Shown piece after piece: positions 51,165 through 59,166 of a stretch of DNA of 64,000 nt; within the stretch, counting starts at the first letter, position 1; each line of letters begins with the position of its first letter. The notes below the pieces were generated by a model. It ran no database searches, had not been told where the DNA came from, and worked only from the letters and a program-made list of their open reading frames with translations. The DNA comes from a virus: positions 18,212-82,211 of IMG/VR virus record IMGVR_UViG_3300017613_001944, one strand, 5' to 3'. Both the position numbers and the translations under genes were made by a program.

Positions 51165-51925
51165 TCTAGGTGGATACTGTCCACAATGAAATCCTCATGC
51201 TTGAGAGGCCAGTTGGTCCTCACTTCCAGTATCCATATCACACTACCCACTGCTGGTACCTCTGGGCTCTCGACCCTGTACCATACCGGCTGTAGCCCAT
51301 TGCCGTAGCCCTCAGCCCACTCACCCCAGTTGACGTTATCATCTGGGGGATTGAGGAAGCCGTGATCTGATATGCCAATCCTCACGCGCATGTGAGAATC
51401 GAGCAAGGGTGTTTCACAGTCATCGCCTAGCGGCGGGGCAAAGGGTTTCTCTGAGCACTGAGAGAACCAGGATGAGAACTCTGCTGTTACTTTACAGGAC
51501 TTTGTAACTGCCAGCAGAGATTGCTCGGGGCCAAGTCTGATCCTTTGCATGATACCCGCTTGCTGACATCTCCAGAACGTGAACCAATGGAGGCTCCAGT
51601 CCCCGGTGAATACCCTCTCCTCCGCGCTCTCCCATTTCATCTCCGGCTGACCAGTGGACCACGGTGGACAGATGTTGTAGTTATCTGATATCCACCAGGC
51701 AGTGATCCCGTTGATGGGCCTCACCTCTTGGGGACATACCCAGTGCATCCCGAACTTATCCCAGTACTGGCAATTCCCTGGCTTGTCGTTGTTCTCTAGC
51801 TCCCCATTCAGGAGATAGGTAATGGTGGTCGGTGCCACAAAATACCCGTGCTCCTGAGTGTCGTCGGCAAACGATATACACATACCCGCCGCCAACAGTA
51901 TCAATACAGTCAAGACTATCTTCAT
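51155..51925 (-). CDS. Secreted protein with carbohydrate-binding-like domain
   Basis: Signal peptide MKIVLTVLILLAAG; LLNGELE, QPEMK, RVFTG..AGIMQ. Confidence 0.6.
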   Translation of the reverse strand: MKIVLTVLILLAAGMCISFADDTQEHGYFVAPTTITYLLNGELENNDKPGNCQYWDKFGMHWVCPQEVRPINGITAWWISDNYNICPPWSTGQPEMKWESAEERVFTGDWSLHWFTFWRCQQAGIMQRIRLGPEQSLLAVTKSCKVTAEFSSWFSQCSEKPFAPPLGDDCETPLLDSHMRVRIGISDHGFLNPPDDNVNWGEWAEGYGNGLQPVWYRVESPEVPAVGSVIWILEVRTNWPLKHEDFIVDSIHLECN

Positions 51926-52331
51926 AGTGTCTCCTTTACCAGCTTGGATGTTTCCTTGCACGCTTAACCACCTGGAGGATAACAAACACCGCCAGGGATA
52001 GTAAGCCCAATACCAGAATAAGATCAGTGTTCATGAGCACCCCTTTCTTACCAGTGCATCTTAATCAGTGGCTTTTGTGTAGTATATCTGTACTCTCCCC
52101 AGAATGCGTTATACTGTTTGTCTTGGAGCCACCAGACTTCTAGCTTTTCCTTGTTCCATGTAAGCACGAAACGCCAGATCCGTTTTGTGCTGAACATCTC
52201 GATCCTGATCCCCGACATAGTTGGCCTTTCTTACCAGATTCTAACCGGATCTCAATACTTCTTTTATAGCTTGGTGGTATACTGGAACTGGGAAAGGTGT
52301 AACCATCGCACATCACTCTTGACTAGCGCAC

Positions 52332-52610
52332 TCATTCTTCACCGCCGCCTGTTACATCTTTCTTCTTCAACTCATTCATATCGTTTATGGCACACTCCCA
52401 CGCTAATTGAGAGTCAAGTCCTGTTTTATGTGCTTCTGTATATCCATTGATAGCTGCCTGAACACACTCATCTATGATCTCGTTGCGGGAAATGTCAGCC
52501 TCAACAAATCCAATAGTCGGTTCACCCCACGCCCACTTCCATCTAAGAGCATAGACACCTAGATATTGGACTGACTCACCCTCTTCTAATTCTACTGCTC
52601 GGTAGTGCAT
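52332..52610 (-). CDS. Hypothetical protein
   Basis: GGAGG RBS. Confidence 0.45.
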   Translation of the reverse strand: MHYRAVELEEGESVQYLGVYALRWKWAWGEPTIGFVEADISRNEIIDECVQAAINGYTEAHKTGLDSQLAWECAINDMNELKKKDVTGGGEE

Positions 52611-52846
52611 TCATCCTCCCCGGCGCGGTTCTTGTCGATGGTGCGCTGGACTTGGTCCATTGCACATTCGAGCTTTGCTTCTGGCATGAGAGTAATTACT
52701 GCCTCAATTGATAATGTCAAGTCTCCACCAGCATACAGCCGTTTGAAGAAGTGCTGTTGCTTTTCCGTACACAACATCAATCCTTTCTTCAATTCGTGTC
52801 TTGCTGTTTGAGACGACTCGTCTTGTATCTCCCGATAGCTTTTCAC
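52592..52846 (-). CDS. Hypothetical protein
   Basis: Coupled ORF. Confidence 0.5.
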   Translation of the reverse strand: MKSYREIQDESSQTARHELKKGLMLCTEKQQHFFKRLYAGGDLTLSIEAVITLMPEAKLECAMDQVQRTIDKNRAGEDECTTEQ

Positions 52847-53130
52847 GTTACCTTCTCCGCCGTGCTGGCGTCGAGCGCGGCGTGGGCATTGCGATAAGCC
52901 TCACACCTGTCACAATCGCAATTTAGCTTTGGTTCGTGCATCCAGTCGATAGCATCGCGCAACGCCTCCCGCAGCGCATCGCGTTCGGCGCGGAGGGCGG
53001 CGTTATCTCTGCGGATATTGATATTTTCAACTCTCCATTCCTTAATGACAAAATCCGTAACATCTTGTAGGCACGACTTACACAATGGAATGCCTTCGCT
53101 TAATTCTATCTCGCACTTTTCGCAGTTCAT
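52843..53130 (-). CDS. Mosaic small protein with ALRAERDALR..ALDAS module
   Basis: Shared repeat module. Confidence 0.6.
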   Translation of the reverse strand: MNCEKCEIELSEGIPLCKSCLQDVTDFVIKEWRVENINIRRDNAALRAERDALREALRDAIDWMHEPKLNCDCDRCEAYRNAHAALDASTAEKVT

Positions 53131-53135
53131 CCTCC

Positions 53136-53408
53136 CTACCTCCCATCCGTATCGCTGGCGTCGAGCGCGGCGCTCAGTTTGATTACAGCCGTAATAAATT
53201 GTTCATCATCCGAGCCGAGCCAGTCCATCACCTGCATCCTTAGCCGTATTGGGCCTTTGCTAATAGCAGCGATCACATCCTGTGCGGCATCCCGCAGCGC
53301 GTCGCGTTCGGCGCGGAGAGCAGCGCATTCAAAAACGAATGTCTCAAATATCTCTAGGCGTTCCTCATCTAAGCAGTTTGCTACCCTATCAAAACCTTTT
53401 TGGTCCAT
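53136..53408 (-). CDS. Mosaic small protein with ALRAERDALR..ALDAS module
   Basis: Shared repeat module. Confidence 0.6.
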   Translation of the reverse strand: MDQKGFDRVANCLDEERLEIFETFVFECAALRAERDALRDAAQDVIAAISKGPIRLRMQVMDWLGSDDEQFITAVIKLSAALDASDTDGR

Positions 53409-53412
53409 CTCT

Positions 53413-53625
53413 CTACCTCTCATCCACCACGCTCCACGCCCCGGCGTCATCGTCGCCACTCTTCACTACGTCCACGTCCCCCGCGTCGGCGTCTTCGCGC
53501 TGTCTGCGCCACATACGATACCGTATTAGAAGATTTCCCAACCAATAGCGGGGGCGATAGACATACCACCAGAATCGGTAGCGCCAGTCTTTCATCAGTT
53601 CGGCATGTAAGTCGCGATGTTTCAT
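53413..53625 (-). CDS. Small protein ending in a VVKSG module
   Basis: GGAGG RBS; shared module. Confidence 0.5.
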   Translation of the reverse strand: MKHRDLHAELMKDWRYRFWWYVYRPRYWLGNLLIRYRMWRRQREDADAGDVDVVKSGDDDAGAWSVVDER

Positions 53626-53627
53626 TG

Positions 53628-53933
53628 CTACTCCTCCCCCGCGCCACTCTTCACTACGTTCGAGTGCTCCGTGGCGTCTTCGTCGTCATCTGATACTTCA
53701 AAATCTCCACTTATCCATTTTTCAAAAGCGTTTGCCAAGTCAGCGGCGGCACCTATGATAAAGTCGGTGTTATGAGGATCATGGCGTCTATGCCACGCCT
53801 TTTTTGCTTCACACTCTGCAAAACACTCAGACGTACGAGCGAGACAGTCTACACACTCAATCCACCACCACTTTTCTAGATGACGAATCTCTGCTTTTCC
53901 TCCACAAAATGGACAACTAGCTAACTCACTCAT
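53628..53933 (-). CDS. Lar-family restriction-alleviation-like protein
   Basis: LASCPFCGGKA..IECVDC..EAKKAWHRR. Confidence 0.7.
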   Translation of the reverse strand: MSELASCPFCGGKAEIRHLEKWWWIECVDCLARTSECFAECEAKKAWHRRHDPHNTDFIIGAAADLANAFEKWISGDFEVSDDDEDATEHSNVVKSGAGEE

Positions 53934-54321
53934 ATTCTCCATCCTCCCCCGCCCCGCCGTCATCGTCGCTGGCGTTGAGCGCGGCGCTATTTATTTCCGC
54001 GATGGTAAGGACCACCACTTTTAGAGCCGACTCTGGTACAACGCCGCGCTCTATCAATTCGATCAATGTGGTTTTTGCCGCCTCACACGCCTCCCGCAGC
54101 GCATCGCGTTCGGCGCGGAGGGTGTTCGTTTCTTCTTCGTAGAAAATAACTGAGTTATCATTGGCTGGATGTAGCGGCGTGTCTAGCTCAAAATCGCCAA
54201 CCAACATCAATTCACCGCAACTGAGGCAGACACAATAAAGCAATCCACCATCGGCACTTTCGGCGTATCCAATAGCGTCTGCTGCATCACACTCTAAACA
54301 TTGGTAAACAAGGGTATCCAT
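53926..54321 (-). CDS. Mosaic small protein with zinc finger and LRAERDALR module
   Basis: Shared repeat module. Confidence 0.55.
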   Translation of the reverse strand: MDTLVYQCLECDAADAIGYAESADGGLLYCVCLSCGELMLVGDFELDTPLHPANDNSVIFYEEETNTLRAERDALREACEAAKTTLIELIERGVVPESALKVVVLTIAEINSAALNASDDDGGAGEDGEYE

Positions 54322-54323
54322 CT

Positions 54324-54701
54324 CTACCTTCCTTCGTCGCTGGCGTCGAGCGCGGATTTTGCCACGCCAAGCGCATCAAACAGCGGGATGTCACTGAGGT
54401 TTGTTTCGGGGTTTGCTGCAATATACAGTTCTTGCAGCGCTCCCCGCAGTGCGTCCTGCTCAACGACTGCCGCGTCACGTTCGGCGCGTAAATCTTTTAA
54501 TGCACCTGTTGTCATTATTCGCCAACCCTCAAAATCTTTATGGAATGCTGATAGTTGTGTGTCCAGGTGGTCATAGGCACGGTTTAGCTTTTCATTCTCT
54601 GATTGCAGCGCGTCACGTTCGGCGCGGAGGGCGTCGAGTTCTTCATGCCTCGCCTTGGTCACCATTATCAGATCGTCTGCCACACTTTTGTCAATTTTCA
54701 T
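54324..54701 (-). CDS. Mosaic coiled-coil protein with two LRAERDA modules
   Basis: Shared repeat module. Confidence 0.6.
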   Translation of the reverse strand: MKIDKSVADDLIMVTKARHEELDALRAERDALQSENEKLNRAYDHLDTQLSAFHKDFEGWRIMTTGALKDLRAERDAAVVEQDALRGALQELYIAANPETNLSDIPLFDALGVAKSALDASDEGR

Positions 54702-54757
54702 CTATCCTGCCTCCCATCCGTACATCCAGTTTATCTTTTCCAGCCTCACCTTGTCGA

Positions 54758-54961
54758 TCATCTGCGTAACCTTCCTATCAAGTATGGGGATGCTCCGATA
54801 AGGGCCAGTAAGGTAAGGGGCCACAACAGGGCTATCCCCGTCGATACTATTAGTGCTGTGATAACTTTCGTGGTGTTGCTGTCATGGATAGGGGCCAAGA
54901 GGTACATCCAAAGGCACACTGCTATGGGGTACCCCAAGATGTAGATCTGAAGCAGGTTCAT
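54758..54961 (-). CDS. Small membrane protein
   Basis: Two TM segments, GGAGG RBS. Confidence 0.5.
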   Translation of the reverse strand: MNLLQIYILGYPIAVCLWMYLLAPIHDSNTTKVITALIVSTGIALLWPLTLLALIGASPYLIGRLRR

Positions 54962-55057
54962 TCTTCCTCCGCAAAGGGGCAGGAGATGCCCAGTCCCCTG
55001 CCCCCTTCAGAAAGGAGGTACTACGGGACGTTACTAGAGATCCCCGAGCACATAGAA

Positions 55058-55086
55058 ATAATATCACACTTTGTACAGTGTGTCAA
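55058..55086 (-). promoter_or_regulatory. Sigma70 promoter with palindromic TGTACA-containing spacer
   Basis: TTGACA-CACTGTACAAAGTGTGA-TATTAT. Confidence 0.8.
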
Positions 55087-55201
55087 GCATAGATCTTACG
55101 ATCAATATGACCACACATATCACAGCAGTACCAACGATAGATGATGCCGTTCTCTTCGTCGGTTGCGTATGGTTTCATCTTGCATCCACACATTCTACAC
55201 T

Positions 55202-55444
55202 TCATGATACCCCCTCCATCCATCGCCCAAAGATTATCAGTCCCTTGGCGACAAGAAAAGATATGATTACAAACCACACCAGGACAGCCATAACCTGCCA
55301 CGCAGCACACCATGAATCTGCGGCGGGTTTTATTGAACCCCGGTGTTGTCTGATTAGTTGGACTGTGCCATAGATCACCCCAATTACTGCACCGATGAGT
55401 AGCGTTCCAACAAGGCCAGTAAAGAGAGCGTCGATGTCTGTCAT
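55202..55444 (-). CDS. Small membrane protein
   Basis: AGGAGG RBS before MTDIDALF; two TM segments. Confidence 0.55.
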   Translation of the reverse strand: MTDIDALFTGLVGTLLIGAVIGVIYGTVQLIRQHRGSIKPAADSWCAAWQVMAVLVWFVIISFLVAKGLIIFGRWMEGVS

Positions 55445-55458
55445 GATAAACCTCCTAT

Positions 55459-55490
55459 AAAAACAAAAGACCCTGCAAATGCAGAGTCTT
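55459..55490 (-). terminator. Intrinsic terminator closing the large ncRNA
   Basis: AAGAC.CTGCA/TGCAG.GTCTT stem followed by TTGTTTTT on the - strand. Confidence 0.65.
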
Positions 55491-56365
55491 GTTTGATCCT
55501 TAGTTAGACTTCCTTTGGATCTGCCTAGAGCTTTTGCCCCCGTACCCGTTGATTGCGAGTCTTCGGTTAAGGGCTTATCCGGTAGTCTTACGACCACCAC
55601 CCCGGCACAACCGCCTTTTAGTTTACGGGTCTGGCGTTCGACCCATGCAGCAGGTTTACTCCACACTCTAGCGCACTCTTGCCCTGGCCTGGGAAAGATG
55701 ATTGCCTCGGCATGAACCCCCATCAACCTTGCGGGTATCAGGGGACCCAGATTCGCAATGCGTCTGGGCTTAGGTTATTTTTCTACCTGCCCTGGAGTCA
55801 GTCTTTGCATTTTACAGTACGATCCATATTCGTATGCTTGATTGCTCAAGCGATGCAACCAACAGCGACGTGCTGACCCCAGTGGTGGCGTGACTGTCTC
55901 CAGCCACGATATGCCACACGCCACTTGTGTTTCGGGGGAGCTACCCCTACCGCACCGTCCTTCGCGATCCCTGGCCTGGGCCAAGATCCACTTGAACTGC
56001 TACCCGCCCTCACCCGCTACGGCTTGGACTAAATAACTACCCTTTGGTGTACCTCTTCGCAGTTTGCTAGGTAATCTCTCCTGCCGGAGAGAAAAGCCCC
56101 TTACAGTGTTACCCTCGGGAGCCCTGTCCCATCTGCTTCAGAGTTAGCTTCTCCCCGGAGGAGAAGCCAAGCACCTCAGCTTGCCTGAGTGGACCACTTT
56201 CGTGGTGACGGTATGTTGGCTTTCCGTCTTTGGGCAACTTACGTTGCTTATCCTCAAGGATGTCAGGCCACCCTGTGTACTACCTATTCAATTATTAAAG
56301 ATTCCTGGGCTAAGAGATCGACCAGTTACCTTATCTCTTAGCCCACTTGCAAAGTGGTCCTCTAC
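55491..56365 (-). ncRNA. Large structured ncRNA (GOLLD-like), ~870-900 nt including leader
   Basis: Own promoter and terminator, no credible ORF, many hairpins with GNRA loops (GAAA, GUAA, GCAA), boxA-like leader. Confidence 0.65.
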
Positions 56366-56371
56366 GCGACT

Positions 56372-56400
56372 ATCTTATCACACTATGTACAGTGTGTCAA
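56372..56400 (-). promoter_or_regulatory. Sigma70 promoter driving the large ncRNA
   Basis: TTGACA-CACTGTACATAGTGTGA-TAAGAT; near-identical to the 55.07 kb promoter. Confidence 0.8.
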
Positions 56401-57052
56401 GCCGTGCTGAACTTTGCCGTACTTCACATCACCGTTGCAATGTGTCACGGTTCTCAGCTTTGCCATCGCTCGACTTCACACCGAACCGCCGCGCCCATCC
56501 ACTGCGTGACCCAGCTGCACTCAGTATTGCCCTTGCTTGGCTTTACTTGACTTGGCTTCGCCCTTGCTATGCTCTGCGGTACTGCGCTCGGCAGTGCCTT
56601 TGCACTACTTCACACGGATGAATCACGCCCTTGCATAACTGCGCCCCACCCGGATGAGCAACGCCGTCGCCTCGCTTTACTCAGTGTTACTATGCCAAGC
56701 CGTTGCCACGCCTCACCGAGTATTATGGCGCTAGGCCCTTGCTATACGCAGCCCTGCCACACACCGTGCCGCGCCACCATCGCACTGCTCCACTCCACAC
56801 TACCAGGCCATTGCTGTGCCGTGCCACGCCTGATTGTGCACTGCCATTGCTACACTTAGCACCACGCGACGGCACCTCGCCATTGCTGGACTCCGTGGTG
56901 CAACACCCCGCCATTGCTGCGCGGCACTTTGCCTTACCATCGCTTCACGCCACTAAGCGCAGCTATGCCATCGCTCTACATAGCTTGGTGGAGCTATGCA
57001 ATACCACTGCCGTGCGTCACCCTGCGGCACCTCGTGGGGCTAGGCCCTAGCT
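56401..57052 (-). repeat. Pentamer-phased non-coding array (candidate guide-RNA array) directly downstream of the Cas7-like gene
   Basis: 19 anchors (+ strand RCCnnnGC) spaced 26/31/36/41 nt; 96 of 101 intervening pentamers start with RY on the + strand. Confidence 0.85.
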
Positions 57053-57637
57053 TAGTTCCTCTAGAGTGTACGTGAAGCTTCCCCATCCACCATTCCGCCA
57101 CTGACCCAGACCACGCAACTCGCCATAGTACAGCCACTCTGTTAGCAGAGATTCATCCACCACACCCAGGATACTCACCTTAAACTCCAGCGTCGTACCT
57201 GGAGGACAAGTGTGTGAGTGCGCCAGTGCCACTCGGGGACCCCGTGGCGTGTCGATCCTAATGGGACGCTCATTGGTACCCATCTCAGAGCCGTTGAGAT
57301 TCAGTAAGATCTTGCGTGGTGCTATGAATACCACACCATCAACCACCTTCTTGTAAGCCGTGAGCTTCGATGACTTTGTGCCAGCACAACGTCGTAGCAT
57401 GCCACAGGCGTCTTTGAAGAAACCCTTGATAACATAGTCATATAGGAATGGTGTGCCATCAACCATATGAAAGCCAGTCCACCCCTTGTCTAGATTCTCT
57501 GGTACTGTCTCGAGCTCTCCTTCTAGCTGCTCCTCTGGGAGATCGTTCCCAATGTGGGCTTTGTAGATGTCCTTATCGGGAACAGTTCCTAGAATCTCTG
57601 TTGTAAGCATTAACTTCACATTGTACTCGTCCATCAT
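57047..57637 (-). CDS. Solo Cas7/RAMP-like RNA-binding protein
   Basis: TTEILGTVP N-terminal strand, YVIKGFFKDAC helix, C-terminal Gly-rich loop GLGQWRNGGWGSF. Confidence 0.75.
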   Translation of the reverse strand: MMDEYNVKLMLTTEILGTVPDKDIYKAHIGNDLPEEQLEGELETVPENLDKGWTGFHMVDGTPFLYDYVIKGFFKDACGMLRRCAGTKSSKLTAYKKVVDGVVFIAPRKILLNLNGSEMGTNERPIRIDTPRGPRVALAHSHTCPPGTTLEFKVSILGVVDESLLTEWLYYGELRGLGQWRNGGWGSFTYTLEELS

Positions 57638-57643
57638 TCCTCC

Positions 57644-57805
57644 TTACTGTAAATGTTGCTGGTCCATAACTGCCAGCAGAGAATAATCTTTCGAGAAGAT
57701 CATCAGTTCATCCACGTCCCCGCCGGAGGCGACAAGAGCCAGATACTCCTCTAGCGTGAGCTCAGTTTTCACGGCGATGGTCTCCGGCAATTTCTCTTCA
57801 CTCAT
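57644..57805 (-). CDS. Small hypothetical protein (53 aa), upstream of the Cas7-like gene
   Basis: MSEEKLPETIAVKTELTLEEYLALVASGG...; ATGA overlap with the previous gene; below the ORF-track cut-off. Confidence 0.45.
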   Translation of the reverse strand: MSEEKLPETIAVKTELTLEEYLALVASGGDVDELMIFSKDYSLLAVMDQQHLQ

Positions 57806-58194
57806 GGAAACACTCTCCTTACAAGCGTGATGTCATCACACAGCACAGTTCCCGCAGGTACAGGCCATGTCATCCCCTCATTCTCTCCCGCTTCCCAGAA
57901 ATACATGATATTTCTCATCGACGTGACCAGTGAGGGGATTCGTGTCTCCCTATCAGTGCGTTGACATTGGGTTGTTTCGGCTTCCCACACCTGTGTTGGT
58001 CTGACTATATCATTGATAAACTCTGCTGCACACCAACGATGCTCGAATGCAAAGAGCTTTCCGACCTTGGGTACAACCATCTCCCCCGGTACATACTCTA
58101 CCTCAAGATCCTTTGTATGTACGGTAGCTCCGGCTTGAGCCGAGACTAGCTTGCCGTTGAAGGTGCGATGTACCACTTTATATATCGTTGTCAT
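57802..58194 (-). CDS. Hypothetical protein, distant member of family A
   Basis: IYKVV..GKLFAF..VWEAE..PAGTV. Confidence 0.5.
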   Translation of the reverse strand: MTTIYKVVHRTFNGKLVSAQAGATVHTKDLEVEYVPGEMVVPKVGKLFAFEHRWCAAEFINDIVRPTQVWEAETTQCQRTDRETRIPSLVTSMRNIMYFWEAGENEGMTWPVPAGTVLCDDITLVRRVFP

Positions 58195-58423
58195 CTTCCA
58201 CCTTTGGCTTAACTATCATCTCCAGATCAGCAGAGCCTGGGTTTACTGCTACAATGCTACCCTCAATGGCCCACTCGCCTTGCTCAACATTAACGTAGTC
58301 CATGGCCTCAATGTACCACATATCTCCAGTGTCTGATGGCGTGTGTAATACCTTTCCATAGATACGGCTACTGTCAGTCCATATCACAAATACAATGTCG
58401 CCTATCTTGATTGGTCTAGTCAC
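58178..58423 (-). CDS. Small SH3-like protein
   Basis: IKIGDIVFV..GKVLHTPSDTGDMW. Confidence 0.5.
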   Translation of the reverse strand: MTRPIKIGDIVFVIWTDSSRIYGKVLHTPSDTGDMWYIEAMDYVNVEQGEWAIEGSIVAVNPGSADLEMIVKPKVEDDNDI

Positions 58424-58703
58424 TCTCCACCTCCCTGGCCTCCATCACATCCACCCATCTACCCTCATACATCTCATAGGGTACCTCCATGGCGTGTTCA
58501 CAACTAATGGCATCCACCACCATGACAGTGTTCGTGTCCTCAAGCCAGAACTGTACTCTATACTTGTGGGTCTTCAGGATAGCACACCCCTCTAGTAGCT
58601 GTGTTATTTCTGTAATGGTTTGGGGTGCCAGGTGCTCTTCGCTGTCGTCCCACTCCTGCCAGAAGTAATCAATCTTCTTCTGTATCTGTGCTTTGATGTC
58701 CAT
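58416..58703 (-). CDS. Hypothetical protein
   Basis: Coupled ORF. Confidence 0.45.
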   Translation of the reverse strand: MDIKAQIQKKIDYFWQEWDDSEEHLAPQTITEITQLLEGCAILKTHKYRVQFWLEDTNTVMVVDAISCEHAMEVPYEMYEGRWVDVMEAREVESD

Positions 58704-58920
58704 GTAGAATCCTCTCTGCCTCTATAACGGCAAGTTTCCTTGAGGCACCATCATACATCTCTTTCCCATACTCGTACACAAACGCCATCATGATGGACTC
58801 TGTGCCTAGCATCACGCTTGCCGCTAGGACGCACACCACATTAGCAACATCTGGGTACTCTGGCCTGAGCTCCTCACCCAAGTCTGCAAGTCTCTCAGCT
58901 AACCGCTCTCTCTCATCCAT
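58669..58920 (-). CDS. Small helical protein (tandem paralogue)
   Basis: LAERLADLGEEL..EYPDVA.V..LAAS. Confidence 0.55.
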   Translation of the reverse strand: MDERERLAERLADLGEELRPEYPDVANVVCVLAASVMLGTESIMMAFVYEYGKEMYDGASRKLAVIEAERILHGHQSTDTEED

Positions 58921-59122
58921 CAGATTCCTCTTTCGCAGCCGTTATCCCTGCGACAAGCATCTCTGCTAGCGGAGTCAGGATATCAACCATAACACTCTCT
59001 AGCTCAAGTGCGGTACTGGCAGCAAGCAAGCCCATCACCCGTGCCACATCTTCATACTCATCTGCTACCTCATCACCGAACTCGCCTATCCTCCGCGCAA
59101 GTTTGAACCTATCTGTGGTCAT
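58913..59122 (-). CDS. Small helical protein (tandem paralogue)
   Basis: LARRIGEFGDEV..EYEDVA.V..LAAS. Confidence 0.55.
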   Translation of the reverse strand: MTTDRFKLARRIGEFGDEVADEYEDVARVMGLLAASTALELESVMVDILTPLAEMLVAGITAAKEESDG

Positions 59123-59131
59123 GCTACCTCC

Positions 59132-59160
59132 TTGACATCTGCGTGCAAATAGATTATAAC
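59132..59160 (+). promoter_or_regulatory. Sigma70 promoter, probably giving a leaderless mRNA
   Basis: TTGACA-17nt-TATAAC, ATG 6 nt downstream. Confidence 0.7.
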
Positions 59161-59166
59161 TACATT

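Larger units (their letters stand above)
52861..54722 (-). repeat. Dispersed GC-rich coding modules shared by adjacent small genes
   Basis: GCAGCGCRTCRCGTTCGGCGCGGAG near 52971, 53294, 54096, 54605 (partial 54471); GCTGGCGTYGAGCGCGG near 52864, 53154, 53968, 54339; CGCCACTCTTCACTACGT near 53454, 53642. Confidence 0.85.

Noticed and set aside
55445-56036. ORFs 55202-55726 (5' extension), 55515-55715, 55679-55876, 55775-55984 and 55842-56036
   Set aside because: None has an RBS, the 5' extension crosses a terminator and the rest lie in hairpin-dense sequence; the real gene most likely starts at 55444.
56181-57050. Overlapping ORFs listed in the track across the array
   Set aside because: They are Cys/His/Arg/Pro-rich low-complexity translations without an RBS, explained by the period-5 nucleotide pattern.
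56401-57052. Canonical CRISPR array
   Set aside because: There are no identical 25-40-nt direct repeats; the conserved anchor is only ~8 nt, the intervening sequence is itself periodic, and no cas1/cas2 is present.
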